NCBI RefSeq assembly: GCF_006345805.1
Contig: NC_043005.1
Location: forward strand, 36,642,001-36,706,000
DNA from: Octopus sinensis
Lineage: Eukaryota
Direction of reading: 5' to 3'
DNA length: 64,000 nucleotides
Positions within the stretch are counted from its first letter, which is position 1, and every line of letters starts with the position of its first letter. Positions 27,151 through 39,575 of the stretch are shown here, piece after piece. Both the position numbers and the translations under genes were made by a program. The notes under the pieces are model-generated. The model saw only the letters and a program-made list of their open reading frames with translations, was not told the origin of the DNA and did not search any database.

Positions 27151-27572
27151 TCACTTATAATAATTCTGCTCGTCATTCCGTTACTTAGCCCGTCGGTAAC
27201 GCTTTCATGTGATTAGCGAAAAAGAGGGAGAAAGTAAAGACCAAGAAAGAAAAGTGGGAGAGAGAAACGTCAAGATGTGAGGTAGAGGGAATGTAATTGT
27301 AACACTTTCATGTGCTTAGTTGAAGGTAAAGAGGGAAGAAAGGAAAAGCAGAGAGAAAAAGAGGATAAGGGATGAGTGAGACAAAAAGAGGGAGAGAGAA
27401 AAATACACAGACAGAAAAAGAAGGAGAAAGAAGCGTCCACGGCGTGAGGTAGGGGGAACGTAATATTTATTACGTGGTTAAAAAAGTTAGCTGAATATAG
27501 AGGAGGAGAATTAAAAATAAATTTTAGCAGAGGGGTGATGTTCTGCTGGTGAGGTTAAAGAAAGGTAGAGAG

Positions 27573-27612
<40 letters not shown>

Positions 27613-28109
27613 GGCGATGTTAGTGGTGGTGGTAGTGGAAATGGAGATGGTGGTGGTGGAGGTGACGTTGGTGATTGGATAGTGGAAAGTGTATATTGTA
27701 AAAAAATTGAACTAAGATTTTTAGATCACCTATCACATAACACATGCGCCTAAGTGCAATTCCGTGAAATATGCTTGCTTATTTATGTGGCAGATACATG
27801 CAATTTAACTAAAGGTTTTATCATATATGCGGAGTATTTTTGTTTGTGTGTATGCGAAAAATGAAAAAAATAAGAGTGGATATTTATTTTATGAGTGCTG
27901 TGTATTAAGTCTATGAAATTGTGCATAAAATATATAAAATGCATTAATTAATCATCGTATTCCAATTTCTTTCACTTTTCAATGAGTAGCAGATGAGCAA
28001 TTATCTTTCCATACAGACACAACACAGGTTTTTTGGATAAAGTTTTCAGAAATAAACCAATAGGTTTACCATTAATTCCGTGAAATATTCACGGGTCTGC
28101 TAGTTACTA

Positions 28110-28325
28110 TTAAGATTGTGCGCTAGCAGCATCGGAAAAATTGCTTAGTGGCATATCTTTTGACTTTACGTTCTGAATTCAAATGCCGCCAGCGTTGGCT
28201 TTGTCTTTCATCCTTTTCGAGGTCGATAAATAAGTATCAGTTTAGTACTGAGATGACGTAATTAACTTGTTCTCTCCTCCACAATTACTGGTGTTGTGCC
28301 AAAATTTTGAACCATAATAATATTA
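28110..28325 (+). mobile_element. tRNA-derived SINE, diverged
   Basis: tttacgttctgaattcaaatgccgcc...ctttcatccttttcgaggtcgataaataagt core. Confidence 0.7.
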
Positions 28326-28365
28326 ATAATAATAATAATAATAATAATTAATTATTATTATTATT

Positions 28366-28824
28366 GAGTGAGAGAGCAGTGCATGTCATCAAAGTGACAC
28401 TGGGGTACAAATATACGAAACGCAGTATACCCATCATGACTACCTGTCTGATAAGGGTACACCAGGCACACGCATCACAACCACATGTTCGCGACATAGT
28501 GACTTCATATCAAGATTAACAGCGCATGACCTTGCGGGTGGAACCCAGTTAGAATTTTCTTCAGGTTGGGTAGCCCATCCCGCTCAAAAGATCCCTAAAT
28601 AAAGGTTGTTTAAGGATGTTGAACGAAACACCCATGTTTCCAAAGGTGAATTATCCAAACTCTAAAGAATTCCTCTCAACACATGGCTTTGATGCTCCCA
28701 CACTTCTTCTGCTCGTGATCAGAGATGCACAAATCGTCAGCCACTAAGGGACATGCTCAACTGGTTAAGATCAAACAACTGACAAGCAAATTTGTGTTAT
28801 TAAGCAGAATATTTGCTGTAGTCC
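28366..28824 (-). mobile_element. (AAT)n-tailed retroposon (SINE or LINE 3' end), class unresolved
   Basis: GC-richer block bounded by trinucleotide tracts, with a minus-strand end ...tgcactgctctctcactc-(aat)n. I recall it as a common octopus repeat but have not verified this. Confidence 0.5.
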
Positions 28825-28943
<119 letters not shown>

Positions 28944-29840
28944 TATTATTATTATTATTATTATTTATTATTATTTTGTGGTGGTTTAGCGGTCCTTATA
29001 GCGTCGAACAAAATACCGAACTGAATATTAGTTATGGGTAATTTACGTTCTAAATTCAAATTTCCGTAGAGGAAAATTTTGCCTTTCGTCCTTTCTAGAT
29101 CCATAAAATACAATACTAGCCAAATACAAGGATCAATGTATCCGACAAACAACAGACTCGCCAAAATCACTGGCCATGTGCTTAAAAGAGAAGTTTATCA
29201 TCAACTAAGTAGTTTGATGGAATTTGCTCCCCCTTTTATATTCTGAGTTCAAATCTTGCTAGTGTCAATTTCGACATTTAATCTTACTGACCTTATAAAA
29301 TAAAATACCAATAATCTGGGATTTACATTATAAGCTGACCACCCCTCAACTTCTGGTGCCGTGCCTATGTTAGAACCCGTTGTTGCAATGGATATTGTTT
29401 TTGGTGTTCGCTAATATATGTTAACGTATGTTATTGATTTATTGGTAACGGTATTTACAGATTTGATTCAAAGAATGTTCTCAATTTTACATTAGGAATT
29501 GTGAAGTTATGCACAACACATCTGTCTTTGTTTATCGCTGATTCATTTATCACGGATTTGGGTAACGCAGTAGGCTCAAATCAAAGATAATGCTTGAATC
29601 GTTGAAGCATGCCCCAGAGACCGTCCACAATACTCAGGATAATTTGGGGTTTCAGAACGTATTTTTCCCATATGTGCTATGGTTCATTTATTACTGATTC
29701 CTTAATATGGTCTCTTTGGAATCAAACGCTCGTGATAAACGAGGATAGGTGCATTATCTACAAAGAAAAACATGTCCACAACATTTTTCTTTTCAGTTGG
29801 TCGGCAGAAGAAAGGTAGCTGTAAAATCCGTTGGTAGAGA

Positions 29841-30075
29841 GGAGAGTTGGCAGAAACGTTAGCATGCCGGGCGAAATGCTTAGCAGTATTTCGTCTACCG
29901 CTACGTTCTGAGTTCAAATTCCGCCGAGGTCGACTTTGCCTTTCATCCTTTCGGGGTCGATTAAATAAGTACCAGTTACGCACTGGGGTCGGTATAATCG
30001 ACCTAAACCGTTTGTCTGTCCTTGTTTGTCCTCTCTGTGTTTAGCCCCCTGTGGGTAGTAAAGAAATAGGTATTT
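29841..30075 (+). mobile_element. tRNA-derived SINE, young copy
   Basis: Highly similar to the first monomer at 44427-44660. Confidence 0.85.
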
Positions 30076-30454
30076 ACTTCTGATTAGTGGGGTGGACACA
30101 ATTGATATTCAGCTTGAATTTATGCAGCTTCATGTCTGTGGAGAAACAGATATAATCCCAAGTAGTACTGAGGAGGAAAGTGGACTGCAGAGGATTGGCT
30201 GATGGTACGTTTAGAAAAAGACCATAAGACAAAGAGTAGGTTCATAAGCTAAACCAGAGAAAGGATACTTAATAATGTGTAAATATCATTTCGGAATAAA
30301 TCTAAAATCAATCTTCGTTTTAAGACTATATCAAGATAAACATAATGTAGCAGATCAGATGGAATTAATGATATTTACTGAAAAAAACCTAAAGTTTCAT
30401 TATTACAATTTTGCTACTATGCTACATACAAATATGTCAGTTATATTGATTTTA

Positions 30455-30670
30455 AAGATGACGGGCTGGCAGACACGTTTGCGTGTCAGATAAAATTCTT
30501 ATCGGCATTTTCTTCGGTTCATTACATTCTAAGTTCATATAAGGTAAACGTTTGCCTTTCGCTCGTTTGTGGCTGATAAAATAAAGTACGTGTCAGTTAC
30601 TGGAGTTAATATAAACGACTAACTCTCTTCTCGTCGAATTGCTGTCCTTATACTAATTTTTAAAAATAAT
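30455..30670 (+). mobile_element. tRNA-derived SINE, diverged
   Basis: gacgggctggcagacacgtt head and tttgcctttc...gataaaataaagtac core. Confidence 0.6.
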
Positions 30671-31353
30671 TATATTCATTTTAAGTTTAACAATAACTCA
30701 GAGCACCCGTTGTCCTTTTACAAACGCTGTACCTAACGTTGCGAGTCGTTTGCTCCTACACAGTTTTATTCGTAATCAATTGATTTTCTGAGACTCAAAA
30801 TCAATCAAGTGTGCCAGCTGTCCTAAAATAATAGATTGCATCATACACGATATGGGACATTGTATGCTTAACCTGCCTCATTCTGTTGTCAATCAAAAGG
30901 ATTGCTACATTCAGTAAATACACAGGCATGAAGAAAATCTATAGCTGCAATGTATCACGATAGTCAAATACTGGATCACATGTTCACACTAAATTGAATT
31001 TTAACCCCAAACGTTCTTTACAGAAAAACTAAATAGGTTCACATCACAGTGATAGATTACATTTTACAAGTGTTATCTTAAATCTATTTGTTAATTCATT
31101 CCGCCTAAGATTCCAAGCTAAATTAGTTAGCAATAATGACCCGTAGCTGCTATTGCGGCTAGCGATTTTGTGTATCTTAGATGTGTTATATAATGACTTA
31201 AAAGTTAAAATGGTTATTTGTAGATGTCATTAAATAAGTTAGTACAAGTTGTGTAATTAGAAACATTTAAATTATAGAACATGGAGAAAGAGAAAGAGGA
31301 GGAGAGGGAAAGAATGTGAGAAAGTGAGAGTTAAACGAAGCATCTAAAATAAT

Positions 31354-31416
31354 ATTTGCAAATGATGCTGATTGATGTGGAGTTGGGCGCGTTAATTGAT
31401 TGACAGCAGATATAAA
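31354..31416 (+). promoter_or_regulatory. Candidate TALE/Hox-responsive cis-regulatory motif cluster
   Basis: ATTTGCAAAT (31354), TGATTGAT (31369), TAAT (31393), TGATTGACAG (31397-31406) and TATAAA (31411) within 63 bp of non-repeat DNA. Confidence 0.35.
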
Positions 31417-32730
31417 GTAGGTTACACCTTGGAGTCAACACCAATTGCCGCCAGTGGCTGTGTGTGTGCGCGCGCGCACGTACGTGTGTGTATCTGTGTG
31501 TATATATATGTATAATAATATATGTATATATTTACTACTACTACTACTAATAGTAATAATAAACAACAACATAATAACTTTAGATTGAAAGCCCAGACCT
31601 GTCAATCCAACAGCTTAGGACGTGTTTGCTTAAACAATTAAAATCTATTTTTAATAAACAATATCATCAAAGTCATCACATGCTGTACGTGTTGTGTCTG
31701 TCTGTGTGTCGAGCACAAATTCCACTGCTGCTTAAGGTGGTACAGTGCTTAGTTGTAATTTCTTTATTTTAAAATAACAAGTATTGTTTATTACCAACAG
31801 TCAACTGGTACGTTTCCGCATGAGTGTATACACACACTCACACACACACACAGACACACATACTCTCACATACACACACACACACGCATGCATAAAATTT
31901 TACGTGGTAAAGAAAGGCTGAGAGTGTTTTCGAAGTTTCCACTCGCTCAGAGTCGTCTTGCTCTCTGAAAACGAGTAGCAAGCTGGAACTTCGAAGTTAT
32001 CCTCAACATTTTTTGTGTAAAAATTAATAAGTATGTAGTCTGCTTGAAGTTATTGAGTGATACTGGACTTTAAATTATTTATATATCTACTGATAAGTTG
32101 GCATAAAATCAAACAATAATATATGTATGTATGTGTGTGTGACCTGGAAGAAATTTTTTTCAATCATTCATTAAACAGGCTGTGCGATTTTAGTTCCTGA
32201 TTACTCAATATTTACTCATAATACAACCCATTTTGTTTTGCATTTCATTGCATGAATTAAGCTCACATCACCAAATAAATTCCCTCTACATACGCAACGC
32301 CTTTTTTCTTGTAAGAAAAGTAACTAACCATTTACCTGCAGTTCTGTAACTCATGAATTCAATTATCTTCAGCAACACTTCCATAAAGAATTGTGAACTT
32401 TAGAATTGTTTCTTTAGTGTTGTAATCATTATTTCTAAATTAATCAGACTATTTCAAGATCTCGTGTAAATAACTAAATAATCATACTTAACAACTAGCC
32501 TCTCGCTCCATCCAATGTTAGTTTACGAATTTTGAAAACTACTGCGATGCTGGCCATTCAAGATGTGTATATCTCCTCTCCATATAGCTACATGCACAAA
32601 CACACACACACATACATACGCAAACTCACACATACAAAGGCACACGCACACACAGACAAACACACACAAACACACACACGCACACGCACGCACACACATA
32701 TATACATATATGTATATGTATGTATGTATG

Positions 32731-32775
<45 letters not shown>

Positions 32776-32844
32776 GATATTTATTTATATATTTACGTGT
32801 ATATATATATATATATATGCATATATATATAATATTTATATAAT

Positions 32845-32879
<35 letters not shown>

Positions 32880-32881
<2 letters not shown>

Positions 32882-33080
32882 TCAATTAAAAAACACAGAA
32901 AAAGAAAAAGAAAGAAAACAAACGAACGTGTGGGCGTACCACAATCAGTGTATTAATAAGACGATCAGAGAAAGAAAAGAGTAGAAGTTTTACGTTTCGA
33001 CCATAGCACTTCATCGGGAACAGAAAAAAAAAAACAGAATATTCCAAGACAAACAAGGAAAAAAAATCGCCGACATTTTT
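32880..33080 (-). mobile_element. Degenerate family C PLE-like stub
   Basis: Minus strand 32987-33021 reads gttc-CCGATGA-agtgctatggtc-GAAA-cg-TA-aaac; flanked on both sides by TA tracts. Confidence 0.45.
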
Positions 33081-33440
33081 CAATGTATATATATGTATAT
33101 ATATATATTACACACTGCTTTTATGAAGGTCAACTGAAGGTAAATGTATATATTATATATTATAATATATAAGGCCTTAAATATATTTGCATCACATCTA
33201 TACCCCACCCCCACATACGCAAACACACACATACATATAAAACTTATATGTAAGTAAATGTGAACCATATCAGGCACGCATAAATATTAATATATATAAG
33301 GCCTTTAAATATATTTGCATATCTATGTATACCTTCTATGTATTTGTGCATATATATATGTATGTAAGTATGAATGTATGTATGTGTGTGTATATATATA
33401 TATGTACATAAATATCTAATAATATATATATGTATATATT

Positions 33441-33518
<78 letters not shown>

Positions 33519-34746
33519 GTTTGACATTTGCATTATCAAATAGGCTGTGAAGCAGTAATGGTGTGAACTCGGCAGTGAGTTTGTGATGGCGGGGTGACAA
33601 GCTCTATAAAATTTCGTTTATTATACAAAGATAGGCAGACTGACACATCGCTTCAATATATCAACAAATAAAAACAATATAACAAAAATAAACAAAAAAA
33701 ACCCTCAAATCATAAATGGAAGTTCAAAGGAATTTCATGTCACAGACGACTTTAGCTTCCATTTCCAAAGAGTTTAACGTACATTATGCAATAAATATTG
33801 CAAATTCAGCGAATGAAAAACGCAGACGATGATTTAGATATAATGTTCTATTAGCACCTGAATTCGGACGGCATAAATTAGAATTTCTTGATAGTTTTTA
33901 CAGGTTTTATATTTCTCTCTGTTATAGATGTATACATACATACATACAAACATACATACATACATATATATATATATGTATATATGTATGTAATATACAG
34001 ATATATGTAAGTATATATGTTTACATATACACACATATATATGTATATATATATGTATGCACATATATATATGCACACACATATATGTACATGTATATAC
34101 GCATTCGTATACATATATATGCGTATACTCACACACCCACACACACATGTTATGGGGCAAGTTCGATATACATGTAAATATGCGTGTTTGCACGTACTTA
34201 CGTATATGTGTTATATAGCTGAATGTTTTAGAAGATCGATTCCCAAAACCCAACGTTCAGTGTTCGAGCATACAACTAAGGCAAAAGTAATATTCTATGA
34301 CTTCGGATTGACCCAGATCTTGTGAAGGAAATTTGTTGGAAGTAAACCGCATAAAATACTATCGGATACATTGTGCTTATTAATTTATTGAACTAGGAAT
34401 TCATTTCATCAGACAACTGAATTATCTTCGCGAAACAGAGGAAGAATCGTCCATAACCACACACACCACACACATGTATATATATAACATTTATCATTCT
34501 TAATCAAGAATGTCATTATCAGTGACTTCGAAGATTCGGTCTGCTAAACCATTGCTAGGCTGCTGTCAGAAGAAGGCATTAGTAGCCGATATTTCGAAGG
34601 CACTGTGAATACTCGACAAAAGTTTAGAATATCCTAACTGTATATATTGTAACTGACCATAAAAACAAACATTGATACATATATATATATATATATACTT
34701 TATTATTTTATATATATATACTTTTTTAAAAAGAAGCAAAATTATG

Positions 34747-34975
34747 ACAAAAACTGTTACTCAAAGTTTCACGTTCCCGTTCATCGGAAAGTTTTGTTTA
34801 GAATGTATCTCCCTCCATACTAAACAAAACTGTCCGACGAACGGTAACGTGAAATTCTGAGTAACATTTCTTGTAATATTTTTGCTGCTTTTTAATGAAG
34901 CATATTACTCTACCTCTGGTATTCGAGTACTCCTTTTTGCATCTTGTTTCGCATTTATGTGCTTACTCTGCTATA
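34747..34975 (+). mobile_element. Second, more diverged family A PLE-like element with inverted partial copy
   Basis: Imperfect inverted arms 34747-34801 and 34820-34874. The 3' part matches the reverse complement of 7488-7575 and ends in a TA tract. Hammerhead motifs at 34830-34867 (+, CCGACGA acg gtaa cgt GAAA ttctgag TA) and 34754-34791 (-, CCGATGA acg ggaa cgt GAAA ctttgag TA). Confidence 0.7.
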
Positions 34976-35028
34976 TATATATAAAGGAAAGAATGGAGTC
35001 GAACGAAGATGTTAATAAAATTCCTTTA

Positions 35029-35110
35029 CTCTCGACATATGTTTCGAAGACAACATGGTTTCATTCCAAAGGAATAAAGGGTGCATTATGTAATCTTCTC
35101 ATCAGGGAAG
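35029..35110 (-). ncRNA. Type I hammerhead motif with canonical core and extended helix II
   Basis: Minus strand: cttcc-CTGATGA-gaaga...(about 43 nt)...tcttc-GAAA-catatg-TC-gagag. Helix III is the perfect palindrome ACATATGT; GUC cleavage triplet; stem I has one mismatch. Confidence 0.7.
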
Positions 35111-35205
35111 AAAGGGAGCCTCTCTCGACAACATTATCGTTTTGTTTACCATGTAGGCAGTAATCGAAATTTTTGTTTGTCTTGTTGTCGAGAGAGGCTC
35201 CCTTT

Positions 35206-35277
35206 CTTTCCTGATGAGAATGCACCCTTTATTCCTTTGGATTGAAACCATGTTGTCTTCGAAACTTATGTCGAGAG
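35206..35277 (+). ncRNA. Partner hammerhead motif of family B
   Basis: ctttc-CTGATGA-gaa...ttc-GAAA-cttatg-TC-gagag. Stem I pairs fully (one G-U), helix II is shortened by a deletion, and the helix III palindrome has one substitution. Confidence 0.55.
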
Positions 35278-35476
35278 TACAGGAATTTTGTTAACATCTT
35301 CGTTCGACTCCATTCTTTCATTTATTCATATACAACACACACATTTCTGCACATGAACCCGGAGTTTCTACCCTTGGAAAGGTCGCTTCAACCGTGTTTC
35401 TGACGTGAATTTGCTACCCTGGTTTCGGTTCAACGAATTTTCCATGCTGACGATAAACATAGGATAATTCATTCAC

Positions 35477-35508
<32 letters not shown>

Positions 35509-35838
35509 GAGTGTGTGTTTGTAATGTATTTGTATGTATATGTTTGCAAGTGTGTCTATATATATAAACGGAAAATACGAGATTCAGAATAGATATAGTT
35601 AGTATAAGTTTTAATATTTAACATTTTATGGAGTGGTCGGGTATAAAATCTTTCAGTGTTGATTGGGTTGAAGGTGGTTCTGTCTCTAAAACTACTTATA
35701 TCCATATATATATATATAATATATATATATAATATATATATATATTATATTATATATATATATAATATATATATAATATATATATATATATATTATATAT
35801 TATATATATATATATAATATATATATAATATATATATA

Positions 35839-35884
<46 letters not shown>

Positions 35885-36008
35885 TATACATATATCTAAA
35901 TGTGTGTATATATATAATAAGCAAGGAACTAGTTAAGAAATCTCTATACGAGATTAAAGTAATAGCTATTCTAAGTAATGTCCACAGTGAGGATGATCTC
36001 TGGCTTAC

Positions 36009-36076
36009 CATCCATGCAAGAACTGCAAGAAGTTGTTTTAACTGGTCCGTCGCACATATTGAGAACAGGATTGCTG
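36009..36076 (-). CDS. Candidate exon (68 bp)
   Basis: Donor ATG|gtaagc; acceptor tttacag|cag with a weak pyrimidine tract. Phase-compatible with the 39183 candidate (AILFSICATDQLKQLLAVLAWM). Confidence 0.2.
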
Positions 36077-36319
36077 CTGTAAATTTTCTTTCCTCCTCAC
36101 TTTTATCTTCTTTGCCTTTTTTCCTCATTTTCCCCATATTTTAAAATTTTATCCTATTATTTTTACTATCTTTCTTTCTTTCTTCCCCCTTTTTTATCAC
36201 ATGACTTTGTAAATGACCAATCTGGTTTATTGACCTTCCAATGATCTTCCAATGTATACAATGAGTTTCTTTGCCCTAGGTGTCGGAAAGACACTCGGCA
36301 ACACCAATGTCTGACTGCA

Positions 36320-36480
36320 AGCAACTATACGAGCAAAATTATGAAAATAGGTCCTAATACCAAATGAAGAATCTGCAACCAGCACAGTAAAACCGTGGGT
36401 CACATCATTTTTGTCTGTCCAGTCATAGCCAAATCTGAATATATATACACAGAGATGACCAAGTAGTTGGGTAATTTCCT
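36320..36480 (+). mobile_element. R4/Dong-type CCHC zinc-knuckle fragment
   Basis: AKIMKIGPNTK*RICNQHSKTVGHIIFVCPVIAKSEYI matches the C-R-x-C...H-I-I-x-x-C-P-x-L-A-K-x-E-Y motif. Confidence 0.7.
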
Positions 36481-38358
36481 AACACTACAGCAAAAAAACT
36501 TACAAGAGGGCTGGTGGGAGGAACGGTTCTCCTCTTCGATGCTCCCATGATGGCAGATGATGAGGCCAACTTGACGGGCTCTGTGTGTGCATGTGAGTGC
36601 GTGTGTGTGCGTGTGTGTGTATGTGTGTGTGTGTATGTTGTGTGTGTGTATGTGTGTGTGTGTGTGTGTGTTTGTCTATGTATTAATTTATTGAGAGGCT
36701 AAAGAATCCATATTTTGACGTATTTTCCCTTTCGAACGCAATATCTTACTATGTCTGCAGTACATTTTGGAGAAAATTCCTGTTACTTTTTCCGTATAAA
36801 GAATAGGATCTCGTTCATTTCTTTGTGTGATAAGAAGCTCAACATATTTTAAAAGGAGGCGGCAAAGTTCCCAGTACACCGTGTTTGAAGAAAAAGGAAA
36901 GGTCATAATAAGTGCAATACCTTCTGATCTTAGGTGTACTCGATCGATACCTTTATGGGGCTAACCAACATTAACTTTATGGTGCAAGTCGAAGAATATT
37001 CTTTAGAGAGCATCATGTAAATTAGTGGATAAGATTATTGATATTGTTAGACCTGGTGAATAATTATTTGAAGCATTAAGGATTGTAAAAGTTTCATAAG
37101 TTAAAGTGCTACTGACATTAGAGATGGTATCGAGAGGTGGGTATAGATCATCATCATCAGAATCATCATCATCACCACCATCAACATCGTCATATTATTA
37201 TTACATGCTTTTAACTGTCTGTGGTATATCTATATCCACCACCTTTATGTATCCCGAAGTGCTCCCATGTCATCGGCATCATTAAGTCAAATATTAGCAC
37301 AGATAATTTTATGTAAAATATACTCGACACTCCTTGTTAAAGAGTTCGATCAGGTCGATTTCGGAACATTTCCAACATAAAGTTACACCAAACTTCATTA
37401 GCCTAATCAATATGCATAAAGTTCACCGGTTCATTAGTAAGTTTCAGTTATAACCGGCCAGGACCATTCTGGGAATGCCGCTTTCATATGATGGAAGTTT
37501 CGGGTTATTATGTTAATATCTAATTACCAACAGAATTAGATTTCTTTACTAAAATGGTATGCCATAGTTTATGAAACTTTTAAAGCGAATACCACAATTG
37601 ATTTCAAAGTCATTATAGATATTTACTAAAAGAAAGTAACACCGCCGTATAATCCGGAAAGGTTTTCTCTTGTCCAAGTAATTCAATTCATTGGTTAGTG
37701 ATTTTTACTAATGGATTCCAGCACATCAGGTAATAATCATGCATTAAACACCTATACCCTTCACCTTAGTCTTCAACATATTAATATTTAATAGATTCAT
37801 GCTAAGAGCTCTCCTTGCTGAAAGCCTAGCTCTCAACCATTTCCAACAAAGGCATAGTATTATTAATCGATACTGTTAGTTCATTGAATATTTCGGCTTA
37901 AGCAGACGGGAAAACGAGTAATAACTTCTATTAAGAGATAGAAAAGTGGTTGTAAGATAACATATACAGATTTTCCCCAAAAAGGTCTGAAGTCTTCCTA
38001 AAATATAATGAATTGAACGGAAATATATTCAATGGAATAAATAGAGTGTAATACGAAGATTAATCTTCTTCCATACGCTTGATATTGCTTGATATTCTTT
38101 ACAAGTGAGAACATAATCTTAACGTCTCTTCTTTCAAATTTCTTGGATATCAGCATCAAAGCGAACAAACTATTGAATTAGGAAATAGTCTGGTAAGACT
38201 TGGAATTATTCGAACGAAATTCACTTGCCGGGTAGATTTGGTGATGAGCTTCTATGTACTCAAATTAAAACTACTTTTTCTTTCCACGTCATTTCTCTAG
38301 AATTGTGCAACTGTTCCCCCTAAAAAGTTATTATTATTACTGTTGTTGGTTTTATGAA

Positions 38359-38457
<99 letters not shown>

Positions 38458-39182
38458 GCGAAGGATTTGTTCCAAAAGTTTTTCCACGAAAATATTTGAT
38501 TTTCGAAGTTGGAAACATTAGACATGGGCAAGTGTGTTTGTGTTGTCAAGAACTTTTGTCTTGCAAGCAGGTAGTTGGTAGTTCTATTCTAATGCATGAC
38601 ACTTTTGGACAGTGACTTCGGTTGACCTGGTTATGCAATTTGAGTGAAATTTCATTGAAGTAAATTGCTCAGAAATCCATTGTGTGTGTGTGTATGTATG
38701 TATGTATGTATGTATGTATGTATGTATGTATGTATGTATGTATGTATGTTTGTAAGCATACATGCTTGTGTGAGTGAATATAAGTATGTATATATGTATA
38801 AGAGTCCATATATGTGTGCATATTTACTGTCTGTGTATATGATTATATGTATGCGTATATCTACATATGTATGCACACACATATGTGACAAATTTGGTCA
38901 ACAAAGCCAATCCTCGCGTAGAACATACGATTGCATTGGTCACATCTGAATGTCGCAGTCGATTGTGGTTGCAGGTGTTTTGCCTTCCATTGCCGTTGTA
39001 TCTCCTCTTCCTTTTTTATTCTTTTTCTTTCAAACAGTATTACATTACATTTTGTTGGTGGTCGGGACGGTGTGCAATAGAGAAACAGAATAGTAAGACT
39101 ATCAGTAGAAACAGGAAATCCAACGTCTCATAGAGAAAGAAAGTAGATGGCATGAGTTTAATTAAGGTGGGACATGACTTAC

Positions 39183-39336
39183 CAGGAAGCGACCCATGAA
39201 GAGGGAAGGATAGTTGAGCCCATATGGCGCAAAGGAGCAATGTTTTTACCATTTGGATGTTTTCTGTTTTTTTAAGAAGGGCGGTAAGCACACGTATAAC
39301 ATTTAAAAGGGCCTGCATGGAAAGAGCATCATAAAC
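39183..39336 (-). CDS. Candidate internal coding exon of an unidentified gene (154 bp)
   Basis: Acceptor ttgcag|G and donor CTG|gtaagt. Only one frame is open: VYDALSMQALLNVIRVLTALLKKTENIQMVKTLLLCAIWAQLSFPLHGSLP. I do not recognise the peptide. Confidence 0.3.
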
Positions 39337-39349
39337 CTGCAATTTGTAT

Positions 39350-39575
39350 GAGGGCGGTGAGTTGGTAAAGTCATTTTCTGTACCGAACAAAATGTTTAGC
39401 CTTATGTCTTTAGGTTCTGAGCTCAAATTCTACTGAGCTTGAGTATGCTTTTCATTCATTCATGATCAATAAAATAAAGTACCAGCTAACTACCAGTTGA
39501 GCGCAGTGGTTCTGTGTAAGGGGCTTGTCCTTCCCCTCAAAATCGCTGGTCTTATACCAACATTTGAAAGGTTAT
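39350..39575 (+). mobile_element. tRNA-derived SINE, diverged
   Basis: agggcggtgagttgg head, gttctgagctcaaattc, and aataaaataaagtaccag. Confidence 0.6.

Larger units (their letters stand above)
34987..35319. mobile_element. Family B foldback element (PLE-like) with a hammerhead motif in each arm
   Basis: Arms 34987-35133 and 35183-35319 are near-perfect reverse complements apart from a short indel and a few substitutions; 49-nt spacer. Confidence 0.7.
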
